A stretch of 64,000 nucleotides of DNA, taken from an uncultured Gammaproteobacteria bacterium. GTDB lineage: Bacteria; Pseudomonadota; Gammaproteobacteria; Tenderiales; Tenderiaceae. This document shows, in pieces, positions 13,136 to 22,940 of this stretch. Location: the NCBI GenBank assembly GCA_965602225.1, contig CBFCYE010000012.1, positions 11,177-75,176 on the forward strand, given 5' to 3'. Position 1 is the stretch's first letter. Every line of letters begins with the position of its first letter. The notes under the pieces were generated by a model, which saw only the letters and a program-made list of their open reading frames with translations, had not been told where the DNA came from and did not search any database. Made by a program: the position numbers and the translations under genes.

Positions 13136-13447
13136 TTAGGCCTCGCTATCTTCCTCAAGATCATCATCATCCATATATTTTCTGGCCTCAATATATTCAA
13201 TTTCATTTAGATATTTGCGCTGCATCTCTTCCAGCGTTTGTGGATCAGTGATGATCTTGCCAACGGCATGAATCCAGCTATCCAACTCTGGATCCTTGAA
13301 GCGATATTCGTGAAACGTAAACTCCATCCATCCAGCCCCATCTTTGGCGGCGAACTCTTCTGGATGGATGGCGATCGGAAAGACATCCCGAACATGGCTT
13401 TCCATTTCATTGCTTGCAGCTGGCAGGCGACTTCTACTGTTTGGCAT
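13136..13447 (-). CDS. hypothetical small protein with an acidic C-terminus
   Basis: 103-aa ORF with a DDDDLEEDSEA tail and no recognised domain. It lies 27 bp downstream of the GGCT-like gene. Confidence 0.4.
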   Translation of the reverse strand: MPNSRSRLPAASNEMESHVRDVFPIAIHPEEFAAKDGAGWMEFTFHEYRFKDPELDSWIHAVGKIITDPQTLEEMQRKYLNEIEYIEARKYMDDDDLEEDSEA

Positions 13448-13474
13448 AAAGACCTCTATTTCCTTTTACGTTAT

Positions 13475-13963
13475 CTATTTCAAACCCAGTATCGAAAGAT
13501 GATCGTCGTGACGCTTGGCATCAGGATCATTGATCGAAACCTGTGACTCAATTATCGAACAATAATCCGCATCAAGACCATGTTGTTGTGCCCCATGTAA
13601 TACATATAGTTTGTACCAGTGATATGGCAATAGCGAATGATTAATATTTTGATCATTTGCCATATAGGCATACGGTTTTAGTGAGCCTGTATTAGTGTTG
13701 ACCACAAGCTCACATGATTCATAACCAGCTTCAAGCCGGTCTAAGATAGGTTTTTCGGTGGCGATGATTTCATAGACCACACCATGCACCTCACCTGAGC
13801 CGCGGATGATATTGCATTTGGCTGAGTCATCCGCACCATGTTTATGAAAGGCGAGTTGATAACCGGGCAACACGGCCATATCGATGAAACGTGCTGAGGG
13901 TACCCGCTGCTGAAAACGTTTGAAATGCAGATTGGAGCCGTAGGCAAAATATTGTAATGTCAT
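13475..13963 (-). CDS. gamma-glutamylcyclotransferase / AIG2-like (GGACT) family protein
   Basis: The N-terminal YFAYGSNL motif is the hallmark of the GGCT/AIG2 fold. Its start ATG overlaps the tgpA stop by 1 nt (ATGA). Confidence 0.75.
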   Translation of the reverse strand: MTLQYFAYGSNLHFKRFQQRVPSARFIDMAVLPGYQLAFHKHGADDSAKCNIIRGSGEVHGVVYEIIATEKPILDRLEAGYESCELVVNTNTGSLKPYAYMANDQNINHSLLPYHWYKLYVLHGAQQHGLDADYCSIIESQVSINDPDAKRHDDHLSILGLK

Positions 13964-15972
13964 CAGGGTTTAAACTCGGTTACCTGTTTTTTGAAGCGCA
14001 GCAATTGTTTTTGATTGCCTGAACTAGCATAGCGCAAATGGCTATACAGCTGTGTGATCTGGTCTACTTTCTCGCTTAGATCAGGTCGGCTAGTTTTGAT
14101 CCGCTGAGCATATGAGCCGGCAGTTTCATTTTCTGCCCTTGGCAGACCGCGCCTGGCAAGTTTGCGACAAAAACGTTGATAGTGCTTCAACACCGGATCG
14201 ACCTGTCTATGTCTTGGAATGAGGACAAAGGCAGTGATGATGAGAAACAGGCCACCGACAAAAACAAGAAACACCCAGGCCAGCTTGCGCCAATCCTTGA
14301 TATCCAGACCAAGGTTTTGCAGAAAATCACGTTGTTGTTCCGGGCCATAACCCAGCACCAATTGATTCCAACGATTATTGATGGCATCGAGATTGAGGCT
14401 GAGTTGTTGCCAGGCCTTTAAAAGCATATCGCTTTGCGGCAGATTAAATTGCACCGCCCCGGCTGAGATCTGGCTAATGTTGATGCTGCGCTCAATTCGC
14501 TCCGGTGCCACGGCTGCGGTCGGGTCGATCCGCACCCAGCCCTGCCCCGGCAGCCACACCTCGGCCCATGCATGGGCATCGCGTTGGCGGACAATATAAT
14601 AATCATCCACCGGGTTTAGCTCGGCACCCTGATAACCAGTCACTACCCGTGCCGGGATGCCAGCTGAACGCATCAGCATGGTGAAGCTAGAGGCGAAGTG
14701 CTCACAAAAACCGGTGCGGGTCTCAAACAGGAATTGGTCGCTGGGTTCAGCGCTATCCAGCAGGGGTGGCTTGAGGGAATAGACAAACGGTTGCTGCCGG
14801 AACATGGCCAGGGCCTTTTGCACCACCTCGGCATCTGAACGGCTTTTTATCTGTAACGAGCGCCCCAGTGCGATTGTGCGTGGATTGCGATTTTTTGGCA
14901 GAAACAGCGCTAATCTGCGCTCAAATGCGGTTAACTTGCCGGTATTGTAGTCAAGGTAGGAGACCATGTGATATTTGAGGCGCTTACGTATCTTTTTCGG
15001 CGCAACTAACTGAAGATCAGAATTGATTTGCCCGTGTTCACTGCCAGTTGCCGGAAGATCGAGCGCAAATAGCCATTTCTGGTTGTGTGGCTCCAGCGTC
15101 ACTGTATAACTAACCGCAGATTCATTTCCGGTAGAGATGGGTGACTGCCAGCCGATTGGGCGCGTTTCCGGACCGGTTTCCCAGTTGCGGCCATCGGTCA
15201 TCCATAACACCGGCCCACGCCAATAGCGTTTATCTGTGCTTGGCACCTGACCATCAAATTTGACCCGAAAGGCCACCGCATCAGATTGGCTTAGACTGCT
15301 GATTGCACCCGGGCTCATGCTGTCGCTCAGCCCGGTCATACCGGCATAGGCATCCTTGGGCAGACCCCAGATTGGCCCCTCGATGCGGGGGAAGAGAACA
15401 AACAGCGCCAGCATCAGCGGCAGTCCAAGCAACATCAGTCCGCCAGCGCTACGCAGGCTGTGCTTGACCGGCCGCAGTTCCTTGCTGCTCAGATGCATGT
15501 GCAGACTCAACAGCAGCCAGGCGCAGGTCATCACATAGGCCGCCATGGGGATGGTCTGGCTAAAGATGAAGTGGGTAATCAGCAGGAAATAGGCCAGAAA
15601 CATCAACACCATCACATCACGGCGTTGGCGCAACTCCACCAGTTTCAGCCCCATCATCATCACCAGCAGGGCGGTGCCAGAATCACGTCCGACCAAGGTG
15701 CCGTAGTTGATAAAGATGGCGACAACTAAAGCCAGGGTCAGCAGCAGTTTTAGCTTGTTATTGGGCAGCGGCCAATTGCGTTGGGCTGCCAGCCAGCGCC
15801 ACAGACCGATGGCCAGCGCCAGCGCACTGGCCCAGATGGGCAGATTGAGACTGTGCGGCAAAATGGTCAGCCCCAGCCCGACCAATAGCCAGGTCATGGC
15901 GGCTTGATCCAGCACAGTGATTTGTGCCCGGCTCACCGCTGCTCTCCAAACGTGGCCAGTTGCGCCAGGCAT
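13963..15972 (-). CDS. tgpA: membrane transglutaminase TgpA-like (DUF3488 + transglutaminase core + DUF4129)
   Basis: It has N-terminal multi-TM helices. The transglutaminase Cys-His-Asp core is CEHFASSFTMLMRSAGIPARVVTGY...DAHAWAEVWLPGQGWVRIDPT. A TM segment sits near the C-terminus. Confidence 0.85.
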   Translation of the reverse strand: MPGATGHVWRAAVSRAQITVLDQAAMTWLLVGLGLTILPHSLNLPIWASALALAIGLWRWLAAQRNWPLPNNKLKLLLTLALVVAIFINYGTLVGRDSGTALLVMMMGLKLVELRQRRDVMVLMFLAYFLLITHFIFSQTIPMAAYVMTCAWLLLSLHMHLSSKELRPVKHSLRSAGGLMLLGLPLMLALFVLFPRIEGPIWGLPKDAYAGMTGLSDSMSPGAISSLSQSDAVAFRVKFDGQVPSTDKRYWRGPVLWMTDGRNWETGPETRPIGWQSPISTGNESAVSYTVTLEPHNQKWLFALDLPATGSEHGQINSDLQLVAPKKIRKRLKYHMVSYLDYNTGKLTAFERRLALFLPKNRNPRTIALGRSLQIKSRSDAEVVQKALAMFRQQPFVYSLKPPLLDSAEPSDQFLFETRTGFCEHFASSFTMLMRSAGIPARVVTGYQGAELNPVDDYYIVRQRDAHAWAEVWLPGQGWVRIDPTAAVAPERIERSINISQISAGAVQFNLPQSDMLLKAWQQLSLNLDAINNRWNQLVLGYGPEQQRDFLQNLGLDIKDWRKLAWVFLVFVGGLFLIITAFVLIPRHRQVDPVLKHYQRFCRKLARRGLPRAENETAGSYAQRIKTSRPDLSEKVDQITQLYSHLRYASSGNQKQLLRFKKQVTEFKP

Positions 15973-16922
15973 TGATTCAGTTGCTCTTTACCCTGGGTCG
16001 GAGCTAACTCCACCCCGGGCAGGCGCAGGCCAAAGCGCTGTTGCTGACTGTCACCATCTAGCAGCCAACGGCACAACTGGCTCAGGCGGGTCTCGACATC
16101 CGCGCCACGGGTGTCGGCCCAGTCAAACCAAAGCTCCGGCGACTGATGCCGCTGGAACTGCTTGGTCACCAGCCCCTGCTCTTTGGCCAATGCCTTCCAA
16201 TAGATATGTCGTGGTGAATCACCTGGCTGGTATTGGCGAAAACCATGAAAATCATCACTACCCTCCTCGATGGTTTCCATCCGTTCGCCTGTGCCCTGCG
16301 CCGTTTGTGGAAACGGTGCATGATCGGCAGGGCGTGGATATACCAGGCTTTGTGCCTCCATATCGACATAGGCCCAGGCCCGAAACAGTCCTAAAGGATA
16401 ACGAGTCGACAGGGTCACCCGCCCCAGTTGCAGCCGACCCCGCTGCGGTGCCGGAATCGCCAGGCTGATCTGGCAATGATCATCACTGTTCACCGATGTC
16501 ACACTAGTCACACTGCTGATGCCCGCAGAACTCTGAACCTCAATATCAAAACGCCGCCGAGCCTGCCTGTTATTCAGCAACAGGGTAAACACGGCATGGC
16601 CGCCAGCAAAACAGGGTTCGGCAGCGGCCAGCTTGACCTCCAGTTTGACCAGATTGCGATAGGTATAAAGCAAAGAAACCAGACAGACACTACCGAGCCA
16701 AAAGGTCAGCACAAAGGCCATGCTGTTGCTGTAATTCATGGCCCCCAGCAGCATCAGCACAAGAATGCAGAAAAACACCAGACCCTGTTTGGTAGGCAAG
16801 ATAAAGACGCGTTTATTACTAAGAGTGGCCGACTGGTTTGCCGAAGCGGCGAGATAGCGAACCCCACGCGGCCGAAGCCAGGCAGGCAAGGCATCAAGCC
16901 AGCGTTGTAGCGGAAGTTCCAT
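15933..16922 (-). CDS. DUF58 family protein (MoxR-associated)
   Basis: It has N-terminal TM helices and lies between moxR and tgpA, which is typical of the MoxR-DUF58-TgpA operon. Confidence 0.7.
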   Translation of the reverse strand: MELPLQRWLDALPAWLRPRGVRYLAASANQSATLSNKRVFILPTKQGLVFFCILVLMLLGAMNYSNSMAFVLTFWLGSVCLVSLLYTYRNLVKLEVKLAAAEPCFAGGHAVFTLLLNNRQARRRFDIEVQSSAGISSVTSVTSVNSDDHCQISLAIPAPQRGRLQLGRVTLSTRYPLGLFRAWAYVDMEAQSLVYPRPADHAPFPQTAQGTGERMETIEEGSDDFHGFRQYQPGDSPRHIYWKALAKEQGLVTKQFQRHQSPELWFDWADTRGADVETRLSQLCRWLLDGDSQQQRFGLRLPGVELAPTQGKEQLNQCLAQLATFGEQR

Positions 16923-17906
16923 TTAAGGAATAGGCACTTCCAGCAGCCGGGCGGCGAGTGAGTCCGGTCCCTGGCCACTGGCCTCCCCCCTGCCCTGCAA
17001 GCGATGCCCGGCCACAGCAGGCAAGACCATTTGCAGATCCTCCGGCAGCACATGAACCCGGCCATGTAACAAGGCCCAGGCCTGGGCGGCACGTAATAAT
17101 GCCAGACCACCACGTGGTGACAGGCCCACACTAAACTCAGCCGATTGCCGACTGAAATCTAACAAGGCCTGCAAATAATCGAGCAAGGCATCAGAGACAT
17201 GCACCTGCGCCACCTGGGCCTGCACCGCCAATAGCTGTTGCGGTTTCAGCGCCGCAGCAAGTGTCGCCGCAATCTCGCGTCGGTCACGGCCAGACAATAA
17301 TTCACGTTCAGCCTGTTTATCGGGATAGCCCATAGTCAGGCGCATCAAAAACCGGTCCAGCTGTGACTCCGGCAAAGGAAAGGTGCCAATCTGATGCAGC
17401 GGGTTTTGGGTGGCAATGACAAAAAATGGCTTCGGCAAATCATAGGTATTACCCTCCACCGTCACCTGCTGTTCCTCCATTGCCTCCAGTAGGGCACTCT
17501 GGCATTTGGGCGTGGCGCGGTTGACCTCATCGGCCAGCACCAGCTGAGCAAATATCGGCCCGGGGTGAAAAGTGAACTTGCCGTTGTCCTTGTCATAAAT
17601 CGAGGCACCAAGAATGTCCGACGGCAACAAATCAGAAGTAAACTGCACCCGCTGAAACTCAAGCCCCATCACCCGTGCTAACACATGCGCCAGTGTAGTC
17701 TTGCCCATGCCGGGTTGGTCTTCAATCAGCAAATGGCCCTTGGCCATCATGCAGGCCAAAGCCAGACGCAATTGCTGGTTTTTGCCCAGAATCACCTGCT
17801 CGGCAGAGGCCAGCACCTTATCCATGGCATTGGCAATGGCCTTGGGATTAAGGCGCTGATTATTGTTAGCAGCAGTATTCAGTGTTTGAGGCGTCACAGT
17901 ATTCAT
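16923..17906 (-). CDS. MoxR-family AAA+ ATPase
   Basis: It has a Walker A motif (EDQPGMGKTTLAHVLA) and a Walker B motif (LADEVNRATPKCQSALLEAMEE), which is typical of MoxR. Confidence 0.9.
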   Translation of the reverse strand: MNTVTPQTLNTAANNNQRLNPKAIANAMDKVLASAEQVILGKNQQLRLALACMMAKGHLLIEDQPGMGKTTLAHVLARVMGLEFQRVQFTSDLLPSDILGASIYDKDNGKFTFHPGPIFAQLVLADEVNRATPKCQSALLEAMEEQQVTVEGNTYDLPKPFFVIATQNPLHQIGTFPLPESQLDRFLMRLTMGYPDKQAERELLSGRDRREIAATLAAALKPQQLLAVQAQVAQVHVSDALLDYLQALLDFSRQSAEFSVGLSPRGGLALLRAAQAWALLHGRVHVLPEDLQMVLPAVAGHRLQGRGEASGQGPDSLAARLLEVPIP

Positions 17907-18120
17907 AACAATTCATTTTAGTGAAGAAGGCAAAAACAACAAGAAACAGTCTATAGATGGTAGCGGCTGGCTAAAGCAGGACTTTATCAAGCAAGGACTA
18001 ATCAGGCAGCGTGATTAAAAGCCGCTCGTGATGTTTTTGTGAGAATTAGACAACAGCTGTGTGAACTCTGTTTGTTTAACTGGTTAGTGTATTTCAAACC
18101 AATCAACAGGAGATTTCAAA

Positions 18121-18354
18121 ATGAAAAAGCTATCACTGGCAATACTACTGGCCGCATTCGCAACAGGCTGCACCACCATGGAATCAAACATGGGCTCATC
18201 AGACGACATGATGAAAAAAGACAAAATGATGACAGCCGACGATTCCATGAAGATGGACAATATGAATCACGAGACGATGAAAAAAGATTCAATGATGATG
18301 GATAACATGCAAGACGACGGCATGAAAAAAGACAGCATGATGGAGCCGATGTAA
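18121..18354 (+). CDS. methionine-rich small lipoprotein with pentapeptide M-x-K-D-x repeats
   Basis: It has a lipobox (LAAFATGC), then repeats of MMKKDKMM, MKMDNM and MKKDSMM. Roughly a quarter of its residues are Met. Confidence 0.7.
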   Translation: MKKLSLAILLAAFATGCTTMESNMGSSDDMMKKDKMMTADDSMKMDNMNHETMKKDSMMMDNMQDDGMKKDSMMEPM

Positions 18355-18365
18355 CACAGCTTTAT

Positions 18366-18392
18366 AGTTCCACCGCCGGGGTGCCCTGCTTC
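18366..18392 (+). terminator. hairpin after the Met-rich lipoprotein gene
   Basis: CCGGGGTG-ccctgctt-CACCCCGG inverted repeat. Confidence 0.4.
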
Positions 18393-18717
18393 ACCCCGGT
18401 GACTTATTTAAATCTCAGATTGAACTAACAGTTATATAGAAATAATTGCTGTGACTGTTATCGTTGCTGCGTTGCCATAATCATCATCTTTTAGACGTAT
18501 TCTACTTGCAGTGTTTATCTGTAAATAATAACGTGACAGGAAATTGTAAGTCACTGATTAATACTGTGAACAAATGTTACAGTGGAAATAATTACAAAAG
18601 GATAACGAGGCATGGGGTGAGCATCACCCGCTTTAACGGACGCAAAAGTCTAACTGGGAACTGAACTACAAAACGATTAGGTATGAATAAGGTTGTTGTT
18701 ATCAACGCTTATAATCT

Positions 18718-19077
18718 TTAGCCTAAAAACTTTTTAACCAGCTCCAGTAACTGGTCCGGATTAAATGGTTTTACTATCCAGCCGGTTGCCCCTGCATCTT
18801 TACCTTTTGCCTTCATGTCGCCCGTTTCGGTTGTCAGGATTACTATAGGGGTGAATTTAAAATCAGCTAATGCCCGCAACGCCTTGGTTAAACTGATGCC
18901 ATCCATTCTCGGCATATTCACATCAGCCAGCACAAAATCAATCTTGGCCGTTTTAATCTTGTCTAATGCATCAACACCATCGACTGCTTCGATAACGTCA
19001 TAGCCTGCGTTTTTCAGCGTAAAGACAATAACTTTGCGCATGGATGTAGAGTCATCAACTGTGAGTATTGTCGGCAT
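18718..19077 (-). CDS. stand-alone CheY-like response regulator receiver
   Basis: Contains LTVDDS, DFVLADVNMPRMDG and the conserved T/K (ILTTE, IVKPF). An AGGAG RBS sits upstream of the MPTIL start. Confidence 0.85.
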   Translation of the reverse strand: MPTILTVDDSTSMRKVIVFTLKNAGYDVIEAVDGVDALDKIKTAKIDFVLADVNMPRMDGISLTKALRALADFKFTPIVILTTETGDMKAKGKDAGATGWIVKPFNPDQLLELVKKFLG

Positions 19078-19381
19078 ATCACTCCTTTTTGCGCTAACCA
19101 TTCGATCACCAAGTTATGGCTGCGGATTAGATAGTAATTTTCAGGATATTTAAATTTGTTGCAGTAGCAACTGTCGGAGCCAAAAACCATTAGCCGTTAC
19201 TTATATTGTTGACTGTATTACCTGGTTTATTTAGATGTAATTCACATGTCATATATCCCCAACTATTTTTGGCAGAAAGAGAAAGGGGGATTATTGATTA
19301 AAAAGATTGGCTGCTAAATATGGGCGTAATGACCAGTCGGGATTACGCCCAATAGATATTCAGAGGGGTTTGCCTAAGAAG

Positions 19382-19576
19382 TTATGCGTGTGTATCGATG
19401 ATGCTGCCAATGGTGGAGGTCGATGAAGGTTTAGGGCTGGATTCCGTTTGTTCGACCGCACCAGCACGGCTGCGGTCATTTTCAGTAGCATTGTCTTTTG
19501 TTGGCTGAGCCTGTTGAGTGTTGGTTGGTTGCTGGATTACGGGTGTGGCTGGTTGTGATACGCCGCTTATAGCCAT
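19382..19576 (-). CDS. hypothetical low-complexity small protein
   Basis: 64-aa ORF rich in Q, T, S and P. It is followed by the hairpin GGGCGTAAT-N11-ATTACGCCC at 19322-19350. Coding status is uncertain. Confidence 0.25.
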   Translation of the reverse strand: MAISGVSQPATPVIQQPTNTQQAQPTKDNATENDRSRAGAVEQTESSPKPSSTSTIGSIIDTHA

Positions 19577-19681
19577 TGATTTATTCCTTCTGTTTAAGAG
19601 TTCTCTAATGTTATCGGGCGTTGGAGAATGGCTCTTTAGGAATAAATTGATTAATTTAGTATGGTATTAAATATCAAGGAT

Positions 19682-19975
19682 TTATAAGAGGTTTGCGGTC
19701 CGTTCTACTATGCAATCGTAGTCGCCCGCCTCAAACTCACGGCAAATCAGGGGCCGTTGTTCGTAGATCGTACAGGCCATGGTGTCCCGGCTTAAGGCTG
19801 CACACCAGCCATCATGCAGCCGCCTCATGCTCTGTACGCCGAACTCATCGCTTTCAATATAATGTTCTGGCACGCCGGTCTCGGTAATCAGCATGACTTG
19901 CAAGCGGCAACAGCAGGCCTTGCAGTTTGCACAGGTGATGGCTGGTTCAGGTGGGTTTGTAAGCTCAATGCTCAT
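19682..19975 (-). CDS. YkgJ-family putative Fe-S/zinc-binding protein (CxxCxxCC)
   Basis: CANCKACCC motif plus additional Cys residues (C58, C68, C78, C88). Confidence 0.65.
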   Translation of the reverse strand: MSIELTNPPEPAITCANCKACCCRLQVMLITETGVPEHYIESDEFGVQSMRRLHDGWCAALSRDTMACTIYEQRPLICREFEAGDYDCIVERTANLL

Positions 19976-20231
19976 AATGGGTTTTGATGTCTATTTGGAG
20001 TGTGGGCTAATTTATCACACCTGGGATTTAGCCAGGCGGGCTTTGATTACGTATCTCTTCGTCACTCGGGCGAATACCCCAAAGGGCACAAGTGCCGGAG
20101 TCTAGTAAGTAGCCCGGATGAAGAGTAACGAAATCCGGGAGAGTATATGGGCCAAACCTGCCCTGGATTTTACTTCGTTACATCCAGGCTGCGGTGAATG
20201 AAATATTCGTATGGCTGGTAACAAGCAGACA

Positions 20232-21752
20232 TTAATTCGATAAATCAAACTTTATCCCCTGCGCCAATGGCAACTCATCACCCCAGTTGCTGGTATTGGT
20301 TTGTCTGCGCATATAGGCCTTCCAACAATCGGAACCGGCTTCACGCCCACCGCCGGTTTCTTTTTCACCACCAAAGGCGCCGCCGATTTCAGCGCCGGAT
20401 GTGCCGATGTTGACGTTGGCGATGCCACAGTCTGATCCGCGATTAGACAAGAAAAGTTCGGCATTTTTTATCGAGTTGGTAAAGATGGCAGATGACAGAC
20501 CTTGCGGCACATCATTTTGCATGTAGATGGCACCTTCAAGATTGCGGTAGCGCATCACATATAAAATCGGGGCGAAGGTTTCTTGTTTGACAACAGTGTT
20601 TTGTTTTTTGACTTCGATGATGGTGGGCTGAACAAAATGGCCTTTGCCTTTAATGATTTTGCCACCAAAAAGAATATTACTGCCGCGACCCTGTATGTGA
20701 GCGATGGCCGCCTGGTAATCATTAATGGCCGACTTATCTATCAGTGGCCCCATGAGTGTGTCATTGTCTAGCGGGCTGCCTATGCGCACCTGTTTATAGG
20801 CATTGACCAGGCGTGGCAATAGTTGATCATAAATGGATTCATGCACGATTAGTCGTCTGGTTGAGGTGCAGCGTTGCCCGGCGGTGCCAACAGCGCCAAA
20901 GACAATGGCAGGTATGGCCAGATCCAGGTCGGCGGTTTCATCGACAATAATGGCATTGTTGCCGCTGCACTCAAGCAGATATCTGCCTAGGCGTTTTGCT
21001 ACTGTCTGGGCGACATAATGGCCAACCTTGCTGGAGCCGGTGAATGACACCAGTGCGATACGTTTGTCGCGAACAAAACGTTTTGCGATGGTGTTGTCTT
21101 CAGGGATGAACATGGAGAAGATGCCGGGATAACCCATTTCTTCAAGCACGCTATTACAAATGTGTTGCACGGCAATGGCACACAAAGGTGTTTTTGAGGA
21201 AGGTTTCCAGACTACAGTGTTGCCGGCAATGGCAGCGATAAAGCCATTCCACGCCCACACCGCAACAGGAAAATTAAATGCACTGATAACACCGACCACA
21301 CCAATGGGGTGCCATTGTTCATACATGCGATGCTCTGGTCGTTCGCTATGCATGGTCTTGCCATACAACATGCGTGACTGGCCAACGGCGAAGTCGGCAA
21401 TGTCGATCATCTCCTGAACTTCACCATCGCCCTCTTGTTTTATCTTGCCCATCTCCATTGCCACCAGACTACCGAGCGCGTCTTTGTGTTGGCGCAAGGC
21501 ATCGCCGATGCGGCGCACTACTTCGCCGCGTTGCGGTGCCGGAACCTTGGCCCACTCCTTTTGCGCCGCGACACTGGTCTTCATGACTGTTTCATAGTCA
21601 TCGACTGAACAGGTATGAACCTTGGCGATCAGTTCTTCAGTGGCGGGATTGAATGACTCTAATAATTTATTTCCATGAGCATCTGCCCAGCCGTTGGCAC
21701 TATGGGTTGAGGCATTTTCTTGTTTTAGTTTTAAGGCCTTTAAGATATCCAT
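20232..21752 (-). CDS. amaB: ALDH7/antiquitin-type alpha-aminoadipic semialdehyde (piperideine-6-carboxylate) dehydrogenase
   Basis: 506 aa of the ALDH superfamily. The ALDH7-like segment is [32 protein letters not shown], the catalytic region is GTAGQRCTS, and the Glu motif is LECSGNN. Confidence 0.8.
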   Translation of the reverse strand: MDILKALKLKQENASTHSANGWADAHGNKLLESFNPATEELIAKVHTCSVDDYETVMKTSVAAQKEWAKVPAPQRGEVVRRIGDALRQHKDALGSLVAMEMGKIKQEGDGEVQEMIDIADFAVGQSRMLYGKTMHSERPEHRMYEQWHPIGVVGVISAFNFPVAVWAWNGFIAAIAGNTVVWKPSSKTPLCAIAVQHICNSVLEEMGYPGIFSMFIPEDNTIAKRFVRDKRIALVSFTGSSKVGHYVAQTVAKRLGRYLLECSGNNAIIVDETADLDLAIPAIVFGAVGTAGQRCTSTRRLIVHESIYDQLLPRLVNAYKQVRIGSPLDNDTLMGPLIDKSAINDYQAAIAHIQGRGSNILFGGKIIKGKGHFVQPTIIEVKKQNTVVKQETFAPILYVMRYRNLEGAIYMQNDVPQGLSSAIFTNSIKNAELFLSNRGSDCGIANVNIGTSGAEIGGAFGGEKETGGGREAGSDCWKAYMRRQTNTSNWGDELPLAQGIKFDLSN

Positions 21753-21764
21753 ATTTTGTACTCC

Positions 21765-22856
21765 TTATGCGTAGTACTTGCCGAAGCGATTGTTAATGAC
21801 TTGATCCAGGCGAATACTTTCTTGAGTGACGAAGCCGTGAAATTTATCGCTGTTATCCAATACGATATCCATGACGCTGCATATACCAGCGGCAGTTGTG
21901 ACCTGAATAGAAGACCAGCGCTTGCCAGCGATATCTTGAGGGTAGACCTTTTTGACATAGTTCTCTTCCAGCAACTCGCCATTGATACGCCCGCTTGCAG
22001 CAACATAGACCAGCACTACATCTTGCAGTGTTTTGGGGATGGAGTTTTCAAGAATGCGTTTGAGTGTGTCGCGATCATCGTTGAGGCGTAGATCATTCAT
22101 CAACAGTTTGATCTCTTTGCAGTGGCCGGGATAACGCATGGTCTTGTAGTTCATACTGCGGATCTTGCCATCGTAGGTTTCGGCTAAAGTGCCGAGGCCG
22201 CCGGAGGTATTAAAGGCTTCATAGAGCACGCCATCAAGGGTGATGGTTTCATAACCTTCCAGCGGTTGTAGTGCCACCATTTCATTTTCTTCAATGCCGT
22301 AACAGGTGTTGCCGTATTCATTGATCAGGCCGTCGGTGGACCAGGTCAGTGAATATTTCAACACATTATTAGGATTGACCGGCAAGGCACCGACACGCAT
22401 CTTGACCGTATCAATGGTGTCGAAGTGTTGCATCAAATCATTGGCGGCGATGCTGATAAATCCCGGTGCCAGACCACACTGCGGCATAAAGACATTTTGT
22501 TTACCGGCGCTGAGTTTGTGCACATGGCGAGTGACCTCTACGTCTTCTGTGAGGTCAAAGTAATTAAGGTCATAACGGGCTGCCAGATCAGCCACCAAAG
22601 TATTGCAGTAATAAGGCAGGCCGGAGATGACGGCATCATATTTATGTTTTTGCATAACCTTGGCCAGGGCGGCCTCATCCTGGGCATCAAGCAGAAAGGC
22701 ATTCACATCACACAGCCCTGTCTCCTGACACAACTTTTGTGCCGCATCGGTGTCGAGGCTACCGACGTGAACATCATAATCACCAGACTCTGCCAGCATG
22801 CAGGTAATGAGTGAGCCTATCTTGCCTGAACCTAATAGTAAGACTTGACGTTTCAT
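21765..22856 (-). CDS. saccharopine dehydrogenase (NAD(P)-binding) family protein
   Basis: It has a Rossmann N-terminus (KRQVLLLGSGKIGSLI) and sits immediately upstream of the ALDH7 gene. A GGAGGT RBS precedes the MKRQ start. Confidence 0.75.
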   Translation of the reverse strand: MKRQVLLLGSGKIGSLITCMLAESGDYDVHVGSLDTDAAQKLCQETGLCDVNAFLLDAQDEAALAKVMQKHKYDAVISGLPYYCNTLVADLAARYDLNYFDLTEDVEVTRHVHKLSAGKQNVFMPQCGLAPGFISIAANDLMQHFDTIDTVKMRVGALPVNPNNVLKYSLTWSTDGLINEYGNTCYGIEENEMVALQPLEGYETITLDGVLYEAFNTSGGLGTLAETYDGKIRSMNYKTMRYPGHCKEIKLLMNDLRLNDDRDTLKRILENSIPKTLQDVVLVYVAASGRINGELLEENYVKKVYPQDIAGKRWSSIQVTTAAGICSVMDIVLDNSDKFHGFVTQESIRLDQVINNRFGKYYA

Positions 22857-22940
22857 AAACGTTACCTCCATTTGGCCGATAATATAGTTATAGACACCCG
22901 CTGCGCCTTCCGCGTGGCCTCAGATCTTACAGGAGGCTCC

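Noticed and set aside
15460-15729. His/Gln-rich 89-aa ORF (MLDRPQFLAAQMHVQTQQQPGAGHH...HHHHQQGG) on the plus strand.
   Set aside because: It lies entirely antisense within the tgpA coding region. The His-rich run is an artefact of reverse-reading the hydrophobic TM-encoding segment, so it is not a gene.
18464-18664. 66-aa ORF in the spacer between the Met-rich lipoprotein gene and cheY.
   Set aside because: It has no RBS, an odd Asn/Cys-rich composition and no signal of selection. The region is more likely a promoter or UTR.
19382-19576. 64-aa protein considered as an FlgM-like anti-sigma factor because of its disordered Ser/Thr/Gln-rich sequence near a CheY gene.
   Set aside because: It is too short, lacks the C-terminal amphipathic sigma-28-binding helices, and there is no flagellar context. 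It is kept only as a low-confidence hypothetical ORF.
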